NCBI RefSeq assembly: GCF_009914755.1
Contig: NC_060928.1
Length of the DNA: 64,000 bases
DNA from: the human T2T-CHM13v2.0 reference genome, Homo sapiens
Strand: one strand, 5' to 3'
Notes under the pieces: model-generated
Seen by the model: the letters and a program-made list of their open reading frames with translations, nothing else
Told to the model about the DNA's origin: nothing
Database searches by the model: none
Position numbers and translations under genes: made by a program
In this document: positions 15,400 through 29,836 of the stretch, piece after piece
Layout of the letters: every line of letters begins with the position of its first letter
How positions within the stretch are numbered: the stretch's first letter is position 1

Positions 15400-16150
15400 G
15401 ATTGCAGGAGGTCCAGCACGCCCAACAAAGGACTAGACGGTATATTTCCCAAACCGACACTGAGCCTGTCTTTCCCAGCCCGACTCCTTCTCCAGTCTTC
15501 CCCTTCTCAGTATTTTTCATCACAAACCACCCAGTTGTATAGACTGCACATGGATTACGCAACCACAACTTCTCCTTCTTCCCCGCCATCATAGTCGTCA
15601 CTAAATCCTTTGCAGTCTAACTCGAATGTCTATTTTTAATACTAATTTTTCTATTTTTTTACTAATTTACTACCTTCCTTGATGTCCACAGATCCTACCC
15701 TCGGCCAAATCACCACCTCCTCTCCCTGACATATTATAGTATTCTTCTGACTTGCTTTCTACTTGCCCCGTTCTGTGCCTAAAGAAAGCACCGCAGTGGG
15801 TTTACACTGCGCGTTGATACCCCCTAAACCTAAAATAAAAGTTGAAAAAAAAATGAAGCTGTGATTGTCGTGGTCAACAACACCCTAGGGGATGTAGTCC
15901 TGCCTCCCTCTCAGCCTCACTTGGAAGCAGTCCTTCGCTCTTCCGTGTTCCAGCCGCTCTGCTCTTCTCAGTACCTTGAACTTAACTCACTCTTTCCTGA
16001 CTTGGAACCTTTGAGATGTTCCGTCTGCCTGGAACCCAATTCCAAACCATCCTTGTGTGGTTGGCTCCTTCTGTTTCTTTAAGTCTTGATTTAAAAGTTC
16101 CTTCCAAAAAAGAGACTTGGTCTGATTACATTCAGTGTTCCTGCCTCCCA
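15400..16150 (+). mobile_element. L2 fragments containing a very short L1 3'-end/poly(A) insertion at about 15817-15853
   Basis: L2-like CT-rich sequence; TACCCCCTAAACCTAAAATAAAAGTTGAAAAAAAAA matches an L1PA terminus. Confidence 0.5.
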
Positions 16151-16261
16151 ATCGTCTGTACCACGGCTCCATGGTCAGGGCATTCCTCTTCCTTCTGTCT
16201 CACATATTACAGGCTACCACGGGGGTGCAGCGGGGAAGCTACTGCAAAATCCATGGGATCA

Positions 16262-16480
16262 GCTGGGCGCGGTGGCGGTGGCTCACGCCTGTAATCCCAG
16301 CACTTTGGGAGGCCGAGGAGGGTGGATCACGAGGTCAGGAGATCGAGACCATCCTGGCCAACACAGTGAAACCCCGTCTCCACTAAAAATACAAAAAATT
16401 AGCCAGGCGTGGTGGCGGGCGCCTGTAGTCCCAGCTACTTGGGAGGCTGAGGCAGGAGAATGGCATGAACTCGGGCGGCA
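16262..16480 (+). mobile_element. AluY-like element lacking its 3' end and tail
   Basis: AluY-type GGATCACGAGGTCAGGAGATCGAGACCATCC and GAATGGCATGAAC; ends abruptly after GGGCGGCAG. Confidence 0.9.
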
Positions 16481-17493
16481 GTACTTCTAGTTAAATCTGG
16501 TAAATTTAACACATATCTTCCTCTGCATTCTCTGCTCACTAAAATAATGAAAAAACAATTTTTAAAGGCATAGTGAAAGACATCAACAACATTTTTGAAG
16601 TTGGAAAGTGAATGGACTTATTAAGGCAGAGACATGACTCTGCAAGAAGGAAAGTAACAAGAAGTAAGCCAACATGTGACAGAACCCTAAAAAGTTAAAA
16701 CATTTGGGGCACAATGAATTTCTGGAGGATGGTGTGTGGAGTGGGGCTGGGACAAAGTTTATAAACTAAGTGCAGGCACCTTATATCCCAAACACAAGCC
16801 AAACAAGAGTGGCTTAATTTCTGAAGAGGCTCAACCATAGTAGGTCTGGCCTTGGAGGGATACCAGTCTCCGCTGAGTGTCTGTTAAAATGATGTCCTGA
16901 AAACAGGGATGTTAGGTAGACATCTGCATACCAAACGGAGAGGTCTTCCACCCCCAGCTCACTTCTCCTACTTGGCTCTTAGAACACTGGTCTTAGGCTT
17001 CTAACATACCTCCACCCACCCCACCTCCGCAACAGCAACAGGAAACTGGGAGACTCCTCTTGAGAAAACTGAGGAGCTCAAGAAAAAAAGACATTTAGAT
17101 GCTCCCAATGGAAAAGTCAGCATGCCAGATTTCCAGTGTTCCCCTAAATTCATTCTCTCTTCTGCACCCTCTTCTCTGCCCTAGGAATCTGAGCTGTAAA
17201 GGCTACATAAGTGATCCTCATTGCCCTCTGGCTTTTTACTGGGTTCAACTACTAGGGAGCCCAGCAATAGATGTAAGGGTAGAAGGAGAATATGTCATGA
17301 GCACTTATGCACTGGTTCCCCTACATACAGGATTGCTTTCTGCTGACTGAGCTGTTGATCAGGCATCTTGGTTTCTCTTCCAAGACTCTCATTTTCTAAG
17401 CTCTGGTAATCACTTCTTCCCTCCATCCCTTTGAGCCCAGGAGTGGCAATAAACTCAGAGTAATTCCCAATTCCTTGCGTGTTTTCAACACTC

Positions 17494-18716
17494 TATAAAT
17501 GCCCAACAGGTTCTTTTTGCCTGCTGCACAGAAAAAGCCAACTCACTGAGACAACAGTATTGCAGTAGAGAAAGAGCTTAATGCTCACAGGGCTAGACAA
17601 GTGGTATGATGGGAGTTAACTACCCAAGTCAGCCTCCCTGAGAACTCAGAGACTAGGATTTTTATGGATACTTTGGCAGGCAGGGAGCTAGGGAATGGGT
17701 GCTGCTGATTGGTTGGGGAGGAAACCATAGGGGTGTAGAAAATGTTCCTCGTGGGCAGAGTCAGCCTCCAGGTAGGGGTCATAGGACCAGCTGAGTCATG
17801 AGTCATGGGTCTGGTTGGGGTCAGTCTGTTACCAGAATGTGAAAGTCTAAAAAACATCTCAAAACACCAATTGTAGGTTCTACAATAGTGATGTTATTTA
17901 CAGGAGTAACTGGAGAAGTCACAAATCTTGTGACCTCTGGCCACATGACTACTGAGCAGCAAGATATCATAGGAAAGAAATCTAGGGGACAATGGCTGGA
18001 TATCATTTAACTACACCTACATCTTAGAAGAGTTCAGGCCCTTCCCATCATCCTAATCTTGTGGCCATTCCTTTATCTTACAATGGTGGCTTCAGTTCTC
18101 AGACAGTGGCCTTTCATTAGTCTTACAAAGGCAGTTTCAGTCCCCAAATAAGGAGGGAGTCAGTTTTAGGGGGGAACTGTTATCATCCTTGCTTTAAAGT
18201 TAAACCAGAAACTAAATTCCTCCCATAGTTATTGTATTAGTCCATTTTCATGCTGCTGATAAAGACATACCCAAGACTGGGCAATTTACAAAAGAAAGAG
18301 GTTTAATTGGACTCACAGTTCCACAGGGCTGGGGAGGCCTCACAATCATGGCAGAAGGTAAGGAGGGACAAGTCACATCCTATGTGGATGGCGGCAGGCA
18401 AAGAGAGCTTGTGCAGGGAAACTCTCCCTTAAAATACTGTCAGATCTCGTGAGATTTTATTTGCTATCACAAGAACAGCAGGGGAAAGATCTGCCCCCGT
18501 GATTCAATCATCTCACATCAGACCCTCCCACAACACGTGGGAATCATGGGAGCTACAAGATGAGATTTGAGTAGGGACACAGAGCTAAACCATATCAGTT
18601 ATCTTGGCCCATGCCTAGGAATAAGTGAGGACAGCCAGCCTGTGAGGCTAGAAGCAAGACGGAATCAGCCATGCTAGACTTACCTTGCTGTCATAATCCT
18701 TGCAAAGGTAGTTTCA
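17494..18716 (-). mobile_element. ERV1 solo LTR (LTR8/LTR8A-like)
   Basis: Minus-strand start TGAAACTACCTTTGCAAGGATTATGAC; LTR8-type 3' end (GTCTCAGTGAGTTGGCTTTTTCTGTGCAGCAGGCA). Confidence 0.8.
18233..18597 (-). mobile_element. MaLR solo LTR (THE1-type) nested in the LTR8-like element
   Basis: TGTATTAGTCCATTTTCATGCTGCTGATAAAGACATACC..AAACCATATCA; 5-bp TSD GTTAT. Confidence 0.93.
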
Positions 18717-19367
18717 ATTCTGTCTACATCATTGTAAGTTGTCATTTCACTCAATTTTCCTAAAAATTGTCCTAATTTAAACACTGCCTTTTTTTCCCCC
18801 AGGACTCTGACACTACCAATTCACTATATTGTGGCCTTCTCAATGAAATCCTCAAGCCCTCAAATTCAGCTCTTACCTACAGAGCATCCAACCAGCTTTT
18901 TAGTGGTTCATTTTCAACCATGAATGGACAGCCAAGGATCAATCACCAGACACGTGAAAAATCTTCCAGCATGAAAGATAGACCAAAACAAAGAGGAAAA
19001 AGATACAATGAGATCACATGAGAAGAAAAGAAGAAGACAGCCAATATCTCTCCAATAGGAAATTTAAAGATAAGAAAAGGGAAGAAAAAATAATCAAAGA
19101 AAAAGTTCAAGAAAAAGTTCCCAAAGTGAAGGACCTCATTGTAAAAACGTAAAAATAGAGAGATGCTGCTAAAAACTTCCATAAAGAAAAACAAGTCACA
19201 TCACAAATCAGGAGGATGGCCACCTTCTCAACAACTTTGGAGAAATTCCTTACATTTATGAAGAAAAATGACTTGCAACCTAGAATTTTATAATTAACCC
19301 AACTATTAATCCAATGTGAGAATGGGATTATAACATTCATAGACAGGTAAATACGCAAAAATCTACT

Positions 19368-19695
19368 GCAGTAGACAGCTTCTAAGATGACCCCAAATGT
19401 CCCGACCTCCTAGCATTGATGCCCTTATAGGATCTCCTCCCACTGAGTATGAGTTGGACTTAGTGACTTACGTTTAATGAATGGAGTATTGGAGGAGTTA
19501 TGGGACACTGCTCTAATGTTAGGCTATAAGAAGACTGTGGCCTCCATCGCAGGCACTCTCTGATGTTCTCTTTTGGTCTCCTTCCTGTGGGGGAGGTCAG
19601 CAGCCACGCCATGAGGCAGTTTCTCTGAAGAGACCCACACAGAAAGGGCTCAATGCTTGCCAACAACCGTGTGAGTATGCTTGGAGGAGTCCTAG
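19368..19695 (+). mobile_element. MaLR MLT1E/F-like LTR fragment
   Basis: GACAGCTTCTAAGATGACCCC..GGACTTAGTGACTT. Confidence 0.65.
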
Positions 19696-19740
19696 TATAT
19701 ATGTTTAACATGACATAGTTTCTCAGTTTATTATAACACT

Positions 19741-20270
19741 TGTAACCATAATAGGTCTGTTGCCCAACTCACACAGCAAGTCAACATACTGAGATATGGG
19801 GCTGCAGCAGAGAAAGGGGTTTCATCATAGGGCTGCTGAATGAGGAGATGAGAGGAAACCCCAAATTCATCTCCCTGGGGAGTATGAGGGTGGGGTTTTT
19901 AAAGAATTTTGGAGTAGGCTGAAGTGTGAAGATCATGGATTGGTCAAAGAGTGCAGGGTGAAATACTGGGACAAGAAGATGAAGAAACAGTATTCCCACG
20001 TTGATTTGGCTCCTCTGTGGGGTCTTCAAACTGGTGGCATCAACTATTCTCCTGGAATTCAGAATCTGCTTAAGCACTTCTTAAACACAAGCCTTATGAT
20101 TCTAAGGTCAGAAATCCTCCCTATAGGAACAGTGCGGATGTGAGTGCTCAGTGCCGGGTGCAACAGCCCTTTCAGTTACAAGGAAGTGGGTCAAAGCGCA
20201 GCCTGATTATTGCTTAATTACAACAACATTTCTGTCCAGAATTCTTGTTAACACTGTCAGGACAGCCTTA
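19741..20270 (-). mobile_element. ERV1 solo LTR (MER66-like; name provisional)
   Basis: TGTAAC terminus; minus-strand TTAACAAGAATTCTGGACAGAAAT..AATCAGGCTGCGCTTTGACCCACTTCCTTGTAAC. Confidence 0.65.
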
Positions 20271-20871
20271 TTGTATTAAGTATAATAATCACATTGAAAA
20301 TTATTTAGGCTTTCCTCAAAAAGACAAACCACAGATCAGCAGACCATTTGCAAAGCATCTAATTAATAGAGGGATAATGTTCAGGATTTGTAAGAGTTTG
20401 AAAAATATATTAAAAAGATAACTGAACAGAAAAATTCTCAAAGAAAACAAATAGGCAAATCACAGAAAAAAAACACAAGTGGCCAGTGAAGAGATACCAA
20501 AACTTCGCTAATAACCCGGGAAATAAAAAGTTAAACTAAAGCTGACACCATTTTCACCCATCCATTTTGTACACATTATGAAACCTGTTTTCACCAACCT
20601 GATGCTAAAAAAGAAAAAAATTATAAAGTCTAACATTATCAAGTATTGTGAAAATTTTGAAAAATGGAAATACTCATCCGTCATTAGTGTGGGTATAAAC
20701 TTGAAAAACCATCCTGAAAGTATTTTGATTATGTCTATGAAAGCTACCCCCCAAAAGTACAAGTTCTACAAAAGAGCAATTTTACTTTTTACGTGCATTA
20801 TATTAATACCTTACACATCTGCAGTGAGACATGTAAAATAATATTTTAAGGACAAATAAAGATTAAAAGTG

Positions 20872-21853
<982 letters not shown>

Positions 21854-22139
21854 ATGTTCATTATAGCATTGTTTGTAATAGTGAAAAATATAAGTACTTT
21901 AAATATCCATTTGTAGAAGAATGAATTATCATAAAATAATACAATGCACTAATATACAGCAGTTAAATAAATAAATTAGCACACTATGTGTCAAAATGAG
22001 TAATCTCAAAAACATAATATTCAATGAAAACATAGTTGCAGATAATAGAAGTATGATTTTGTTTTCATAAAATTGAAGATACTAAATATATTATGTATGG
22101 TTATATGTAAAAATAGTAAATATATAAAAATAACAATAG

Positions 22140-22440
22140 GGCCAGCATGATGGCTCATGTCTGTAATCCCAGTGCTTTAGGACACTAAGGTGGGAGGATC
22201 ACTTGAGTCCAGGAGTTCGAGACCAGCCTGAGAAATGCACGGAGACCTTGTCCCTAAAAAAAAAAAAAAAAAAAAAAATAGCTGATTGTGTGTGCCTGAT
22301 GTCTCAGCTACTCAGGAAGCTGAGGTGGGAAGATCCCAGGAGTTCAAGACTGCAGTGAGCTGTGATTGCCCCACTGAACTCTAGCTGGAGCAACAGAGTG
22401 ACACTCCATCTCTAAAAAAATAAAAATAAAAATAAAAACA
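22140..22440 (+). mobile_element. Alu (AluJ-like) with expanded central A tract
   Basis: Dimer; TSD AAATAACAATAGG. Confidence 0.93.
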
Positions 22441-23027
22441 AATAACAATAGGAAGCATATCCACCAGTGTGCAATTACCATTACCTGTGGTGCAGAAGGG
22501 AAGGTAATCATTTTGGGAATAAGAAAAAGGAGAGTTTGACTGTATCTGTAATATTTTATTTATATGAAGCAACATATAGCTAGATTGCAACATATAGGTA
22601 GTAATCTGGCTTTTAGATACAGAAAATAATATGACTTAGATTGGTGGGTGTTCATCATATTATTCTCTCTACGTTTTAAAGTTTTCATGACAATAATATT
22701 CTCATAAACAAAAACAGAGTTCCTGGATCAAAGAAAAACCATTTTAGAAGACGTTTTCTTCCAAAAGTTTGACCAGTGAGTGGAAAGTATTTCAAACATA
22801 TTCTCTACACACAAAATCTGCAGACCTAACTCTCTTTACCGAGGAGGAAAGCTATCTCTCATTCTCAGTTTGGCAGGGCAATCTCGTGATGGGAAACATT
22901 TCCTGTGGGTTTTCAGGGGCCAGTGAAGAAGTAGAACAAAGTACTTGCTACCTGGGTTACCTGTTAAGACCACAGATCCCGCCAGAGCATATCCTGGTCC
23001 CTGTGACGCCATGGAACCCAGTAGTCA

Positions 23028-23533
<506 letters not shown>

Positions 23534-23722
23534 TCATGAGTTTTCCTGGAAATAGGTGGGGATTTGCCCCAGAACTGAGGGTCCCTCCCCTCTTTGACCT
23601 TATAAGGTAACTTCCAGACATTGCCATGGCATTTGTAAACAGTCTGGCGCCGGTGGCAATGTCTTTTAGCATGCTAACTCATTACAATTAGCATATACTG
23701 AGGATGACTGAGATGACTTTCT

Positions 23723-24073
23723 TGGTTTTTAGTTTTCATTGTAGGTTTGGGGGTACATGTGAAGGTTTGTTACACAGATAAGCACGTGACATGGGGGTCT
23801 GTTGTGCATAATATTACATCACTCAGGTATTAAGCTGAGTGCCCAGTAGTTACCTTTTCCGCTCCGCTCCCTCGTCCCTCCCTCCCCCCACAAGTAGATC
23901 CTGGTGTCTGCTGTTTCCTTCTGTGTGTTCATAAGTTCTTTTTTTTATTATTATTACATAAGTTCTTATCACTTAGCTCCATTTACAAGTGACAACATGC
24001 AGTGTTTGGTTTCTGTTCCTGTGTTAGTTTGCTAAGAATGATAGCCTCCAGTTCCAAAGACATCATCTCAATC
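23723..24073 (-). mobile_element. L1PA-type 3' UTR fragment within the MER51-like LTR
   Basis: GGGGGTACATGTGAAGGTTTGTTAC..AACATGCAGTGTTTGGTTTCTGTTCCTGTGTTAGTTTGCT; imperfect TSD GAG.T.ACTTTC. Confidence 0.85.
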
Positions 24074-24510
24074 CGGAGGTCACTTTCATTGCCATCTTGG
24101 TTTTGGTGGGTTGTGGCTGGCTTCTTTACTGTGTCCTGTTTTATCAGCTGGATCTTTGTAACCTGTATCTTGTGTCGACCTCCCCTCTCATCCTGTGACT
24201 ATTCCTCCTGGGAATGCAGCCCAGAAGATCTCAGCCTTATTTTACCCAGCTCCTGTTCAAGATGGAGTCGCTCTGGTTCCAATGCTTCTGACATTCCCAT
24301 CTTTGTTATTACTGTGAATACTTTTTTCAAAGTATAATATATTTATGATATCAGTTATTAAGGAGCCCTGACACTGAGATAAACCTTGTTAGCATCTGCT
24401 GCTCACTCTGGATGCCTGCCCTAGTGGGAGAGCCCTTATGACTCCCATCCTACTCTGCTTTTCTATTGTTCTGCAACACATTGAGGAATCCAAAGAGATC
24501 CTAGAGATAA

Positions 24511-24915
<405 letters not shown>

Positions 24916-24957
24916 TAGCTATCAACAGCTGCAGTCTTAACCCCTATTTCTTGCAGC

Positions 24958-25493
24958 TGGAAGGTACCAGAATATGCCATCCCAAAATATGCCTCATTGG
25001 CATGTGGATGATATTGAGCCAAAGGCAACTGAGAACCAACAGAGGAAGGAAAGGCCCTTTACCTTCTCCCAACTGCCTGAAAACAGAGTATACATTTCCC
25101 CCTTTTGTAACAGAAATTTCCATTTATAAAGGACATTTTTGTCTCTAAAAGTGTCGCTGTATCAGGAAGAGAGTTTCTTCCTATTACCTGGAAACAACAC
25201 TTATCTGCACAGCAAGACCGCACTAATTTACCATGAATTTCCTCTCTTTACCTTCCAGAATTCCTCCTCCCACCCCTCCAAAGCCCCATATTCTTTTTTT
25301 AAGCCTAAAATGGTATAGAAACCTCAGTCATCTGACCACTTCCTTAAGTGTCAATTTTTTGTGAAACTCCCGTGCCCACATATATAATTAAACCTTTTTT
25401 CTCTTGTTGATATGTCATTTTTCAGTTTAATTTCCTGGGCCCCAGCCAGAGTACCTAGGAGAGCAGAGGGAAATGGTTTGCTCCTCCCCTACA
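24958..25493 (+). mobile_element. ERV1 solo LTR, MER34/MER39 group
   Basis: Starts ACCAGAATATGCCATCCCAAAATATGCC; ends CTCCTCCCCTACA. Confidence 0.8.
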
Positions 25494-25541
25494 CTGCCCC
25501 AAGATATTAACAGGACGTAAAAGCATATTCTCAAGCCCTCA

Positions 25542-26134
25542 TGATATAGGATTTTTCTTCTCGGTCACTTTGCCAGCCGAGGATCCCCAGCAGGCAACGC
25601 TCCAGCTCACCTGTGTTATAGCTTGTACCTGCGTTTGGCAGTTCCCGAGCTCTTGTATTGTGCTCGAGAAAAATGAGGATATGCTGGACACTGAAGTGCA
25701 AGGAGGGCGGAGAAGAATTTTATTGAGTGATGGAGCAGCTCTCAGCAGAGAGGGGACGCGGGAGTCGTCCCCGACCCCCACAGTCGGGTAGTTCTTCTGT
25801 GGCTGGGTCCAGAGCTTTGTATGGACTCAGAATAGGGGAGTGCATGCTGATTGGTTTGTGAGTATGCAAAAAAGGTTAAAGCAAAGACATCACTCAAAGG
25901 TGGGCGTGACAGTGCAGAGAACCAATTAGGAAAGGGTAGGTATATGTAAAATAGGTAAAGGGTGGGGATTAATCAGAGGAAAGTATGCCAAATGGGAAGA
26001 CAAGTTCTCAGTCCGGTTTGAAGATTGAACTTGTGCTTGGCTTTTAGGCTTTAAACTGTCTTCAGCTTGGAGGTGAGGTTTCACCGGGACCTGCCCCTAT
26101 TGGCTAGGCATGTGACTGCCTCCTGCTGCTATCA
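25542..26134 (-). mobile_element. ERV1 solo LTR (LTR27/LTR28-like)
   Basis: Minus-strand start TGATAGCAGCAGGAGGCAG..GGTCCCGGTGAAACC; TG..CA ends; 4-bp TSD CTCA. Confidence 0.8.
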
Positions 26135-26487
26135 CTCATATGGAACTATTTTCTTCAATGTTTAAATGTTTTTCATTTCTACTTGGCAGCTTTTCCTTTA
26201 TCTGGTGTTTATTGTTTTAGTAGTTCTTTCAAAACAAATTGATTGTGACCAACTTTTAGAAACATTAGGGGAAGAGTGGGGCATATCTTTGTCTATGGTC
26301 CTTAATATAATACTGTTTGTGTAAGGGCTTCATGGAAACTGAAAAACGAAGATATTTATCATGAATTTAGATATAAAAGTTCATCAAAACTTTGTCCTAA
26401 TGAGTACAGTACTTCTGAAAAACATTCTCCATTCTTCAAGCAAGCTTGTACTGGGCATGCACTGTTCTCAGGGCTGCCAGTATAAAG

Positions 26488-27037
26488 TGTAGGGGAGAAA
26501 AACATTCTCTGACTTTCTACCCATCTTAGTTTCATGGGTTAGGGACTGCCAATTAGACAGACAAAAGATAGATTAGCAAGAGATAAACAAACAGAAATTC
26601 ATTAACGAGTGCATTGCCCATACACACAGGAGTACTCGGTAACGAATAGGTCAAACAGGTGGCTAGAACCTGGGTTTATATTTTACCATCTTAACAAAAG
26701 AACAAGAATTTTGTAGAGAAGTAGCAACACAAGGGAAAGGGGCCTTCAGTTCTAAGGCCAGCAAATTGTGGAAAGGTAAATCGATGAAGGAAAACAAGGG
26801 AAGACAAGGGCTATTAGTATGGTTCATTCTGTAGATTCCTCTCTTACACAGATTCTCTGGGCTGGGAAGGGTCTCTAGAGAGTTACCTCTGGCCATTGAG
26901 AGTTATCCTGCCCTTCCCGGTAGAGAGGGGGAGGTCAGAGAGTTTTTCTTGCATCTGTTCTTTTTAATTGCTTTCAGCTCAAAATAATCCTATTTCAAAG
27001 TGGCATATTTTGGGGTGGCACATTCTGAACTCCTTCA
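26488..27037 (-). mobile_element. ERV1 solo LTR, MER34/MER39 group
   Basis: TGTAGGGGAG..GGCATATTTTGGGGTGGCACATTCTGAACTCCTTCA. Confidence 0.8.
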
Positions 27038-27369
27038 AAGCAAGGGAGAAAAACATAATCCCTGACTCCGGGTGTAAAGTACAATGAAATAATTCATATT
27101 CAAAAGGAATTTGATCCCTTTGATAATCAGACTTGGGTTTCCACCAGAAACTGATACAGCTATTTGTCAAGAACTGGTTGCCTGGACTTATAGGAAATGA
27201 CTCTTGAATACTCAGGCAAGAAATTTCAGATTCTCTGAAAAGGTGACTACCACAATGTTCCATTTAGAGTTCAACCATTTGGAGATGTACATGACTGACT
27301 TCTGTGCACTCTCAATTTTTGCAAATATATGAAGAACCACCCCCCACTGAGTTTTTCCTCTGTAGAGTG

Positions 27370-27917
27370 TGAAGGTAAACCCTCACCCCAAAATATGGCT
27401 CCCTGATATCACAAGTATTTTGAATTAAAGGCCCTCAGAGATCAACAGACATTGGAAGAGGCTTTTCTCCCATCTATATCAAGACCAGATGAACCTACCA
27501 ACAAGAGCATTTTTTTTTAACCTCTCCTCCTGCTATCTCATTATCTATCGCAGAAAAGATTAAGAATGAAACCACACCTGAACTGACTCCATAAGCTATT
27601 ATCTGTCTCTTGGGTTTATTCAGCTTCCAAAGGGAACCATTTACAGGTTAATCTCCATTGCCCAATCCATTCATTCTTCCAGGTAATCATTTATTGCCCC
27701 TCAACAGTCACGTATATTCCCTATCCACCCGTCCCCTGAAATGAGGCCATACAGGTATCTGGACTCCAGTGGGATATTGGGCAGTCATCCTGTGAATCTC
27801 CCCTGTGCACATGTTAATAAACTGGTATGCCATTTTTCCAGTTAATCTTCCCTTTGTCAATTGATTTTCCAGGGAACCTTAAGAGGACAAAGGGGAAATT
27901 TTGTCTTATCCCCTGCA
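27370..27917 (+). mobile_element. ERV1 solo LTR, MER34/MER39-related
   Basis: TGAAGG..ACCCCAAAATATGG..AATAAA..CCCCTGCA; 4-bp TSD AGTG. Confidence 0.75.
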
Positions 27918-28191
27918 AGTGGGAAGGGTGAATATTCACAGCCAGCTAACTTAATGAAAAATCTCACAGAAAACATGACTGGCTGAAGCCTAAAGCAAAA
28001 TAAAATCTTCAAGGGGTCTCAGAGCTACAGAAAGTAGTAGGAACATGGTGATCTCTCTCCTGACAAGCGTACGGCCTCATCATTTTTCTATGAGGATGTC
28101 ACAAGAGGCTCCCTGAGGATTTGATCAGCACTGTTGTCGGGCACCAAGTTCAACTGAGTGTTCCTGATGAATTAACATGTTAATAAAGTTA

Positions 28192-28528
<337 letters not shown>

Positions 28529-28703
28529 TTACCTAAAGGCAACTCTCATTAGCATAGACAGACACCAAAAATAGTTCTATATGGTCAAGAGATGTTTATA
28601 TTTGCCTGTTATCTATATAATTGTTGGTCTACTTAGACATAAATTTCCCCTTCATTTAGGTGCATTAAAATTATAAAGAAAAATTTATCTTGGAGATTTC
28701 CAT

Positions 28704-29836
28704 TGAAAGGGAGAAAAAAACCTTTATTCCTCTACTCCCCTAAATTCTCTGGCTGGACCTGCAAATCAAACTGACAGATTAATAAAAGAAAAACAAAGTT
28801 TTAGTTACACACATATGTATGGATGTTTCACAAAGAAATGAACTCAAGGAGGTGGTCAGATAATTGAGGCTTACGTACACTTTAGGCCAAACAAAGCAAA
28901 AGAGGTTTGGGGCTTCTGAGTGAGGGAAGGCAAGTTATGGAAAAGAGAATGAGGAAATGCAGGTAAATGCGGCCTGTCTTGCTATGCAGGTGAGAGTCTG
29001 AGGTGGAAAGAGTTGTCTCTGTGGCCAGGTGCAGTGGCTATGCCAGTAATCCAGCCTTTGGGAGGCCAAGGCGGGAGGACTGCTTGAGCCTAGGAGTGCA
29101 AGACCAGCCTGGATAACAGTGACAAACTGTCGCTACAAGAAAGAAAAAAATTAGCCAGATGTGGTGGTGTGTGCCTGTAGTCCCAGCTACTCAGGAGGCT
29201 AAGGCAGGAAGACCACCAGAGACCAGGAATTGGAGGTTACAGTGAGCTAGGAGGGTGCCACTCCTCTCCACTCTTTAGTAACAGAGGAAGATCTTCTCAC
29301 TAAAAATAAAAATATAAATAAATAAAAATTATTTGTAATTCCAGCACTTTAGGAGGCTGAAGCAGGAAGATTACTTGAGCCTAGGAATTTGAGACCAGCC
29401 TGGGCAACATAAACAGATTCTGTCTCTACAAAAATTAAAATTAAAAAATTAGCCAGGCGTGGTGACGTGCTCCTGTAGTCTCAGCTACTCCAGAGGCTGA
29501 GGTGGGAGGATCACTTGATCCCAGGAGGCCAAAGCTGCAGTGAGCTGAGATTGCACCACTCCACTCCAGACTGGGCAACAGAGCAAGACCCTGTCTTTAA
29601 GAAAAAGGAGGGGGGTTTTCTCCAGGAGTAGCTGTCTTCCAGGTACAGAGGCCCCTCTCCCAATGGAAGTTACCTTTGTAAGTGTAAATTTCCTTTATAA
29701 AAGGGGAGGTTGATTTTTCACGCAGACAGGGAAGGTAAAGAGCTTTTCCTTCATCTGCTGGCTCTCAATTACTTAGTCAAAAGAATCCCTATGCCTAAGA
29801 AGTGTATTTTGGGGTGGCATATTCTGGTACCTTTCT
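28704..29836 (-). mobile_element. ERV1 solo LTR, MER34/MER39 group, interrupted by two Alus
   Basis: GACAGATTAATAAAAGAAAAAC near the left end; TATTTTGGGGTGGCATATTCTGG at the right end. Confidence 0.7.
29022..29606 (+). mobile_element. Two tandem AluJ-like elements (29022-29330 and 29335-29606)
   Basis: Two consecutive diverged dimers; the second lacks its 5' tip. Confidence 0.93.

Larger units (their letters stand above)
17135..18811 (-). mobile_element. ERVL LTR (LTR33-like), interrupted by an LTR8-like element
   Basis: GCCCTCTGGCTTTTTACTGGGTTCAAC..GGGAGCCCAGC; resumes after 18716 and ends CCAGGACTCTGACA. Confidence 0.5.
16481..19365 (+). mobile_element. Old L1M 5'/ORF1 remnant split by nested LTRs (L1 parts at about 16481-17130 and 18815-19365)
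   Basis: ORF1-like GAAGAAAAATGACTTGCAACCTAGAATTTTATA near 19260-19290. Confidence 0.55.

Noticed and set aside
18320-18350. PRDM9 hotspot 13-mer in the THE1 LTRs
   Set aside because: The minus strand reads CCTCCCCAGCCCT here and CCTCCCCATCCCT in the 61400 copy; neither fits CCNCCNTNNCCNC.
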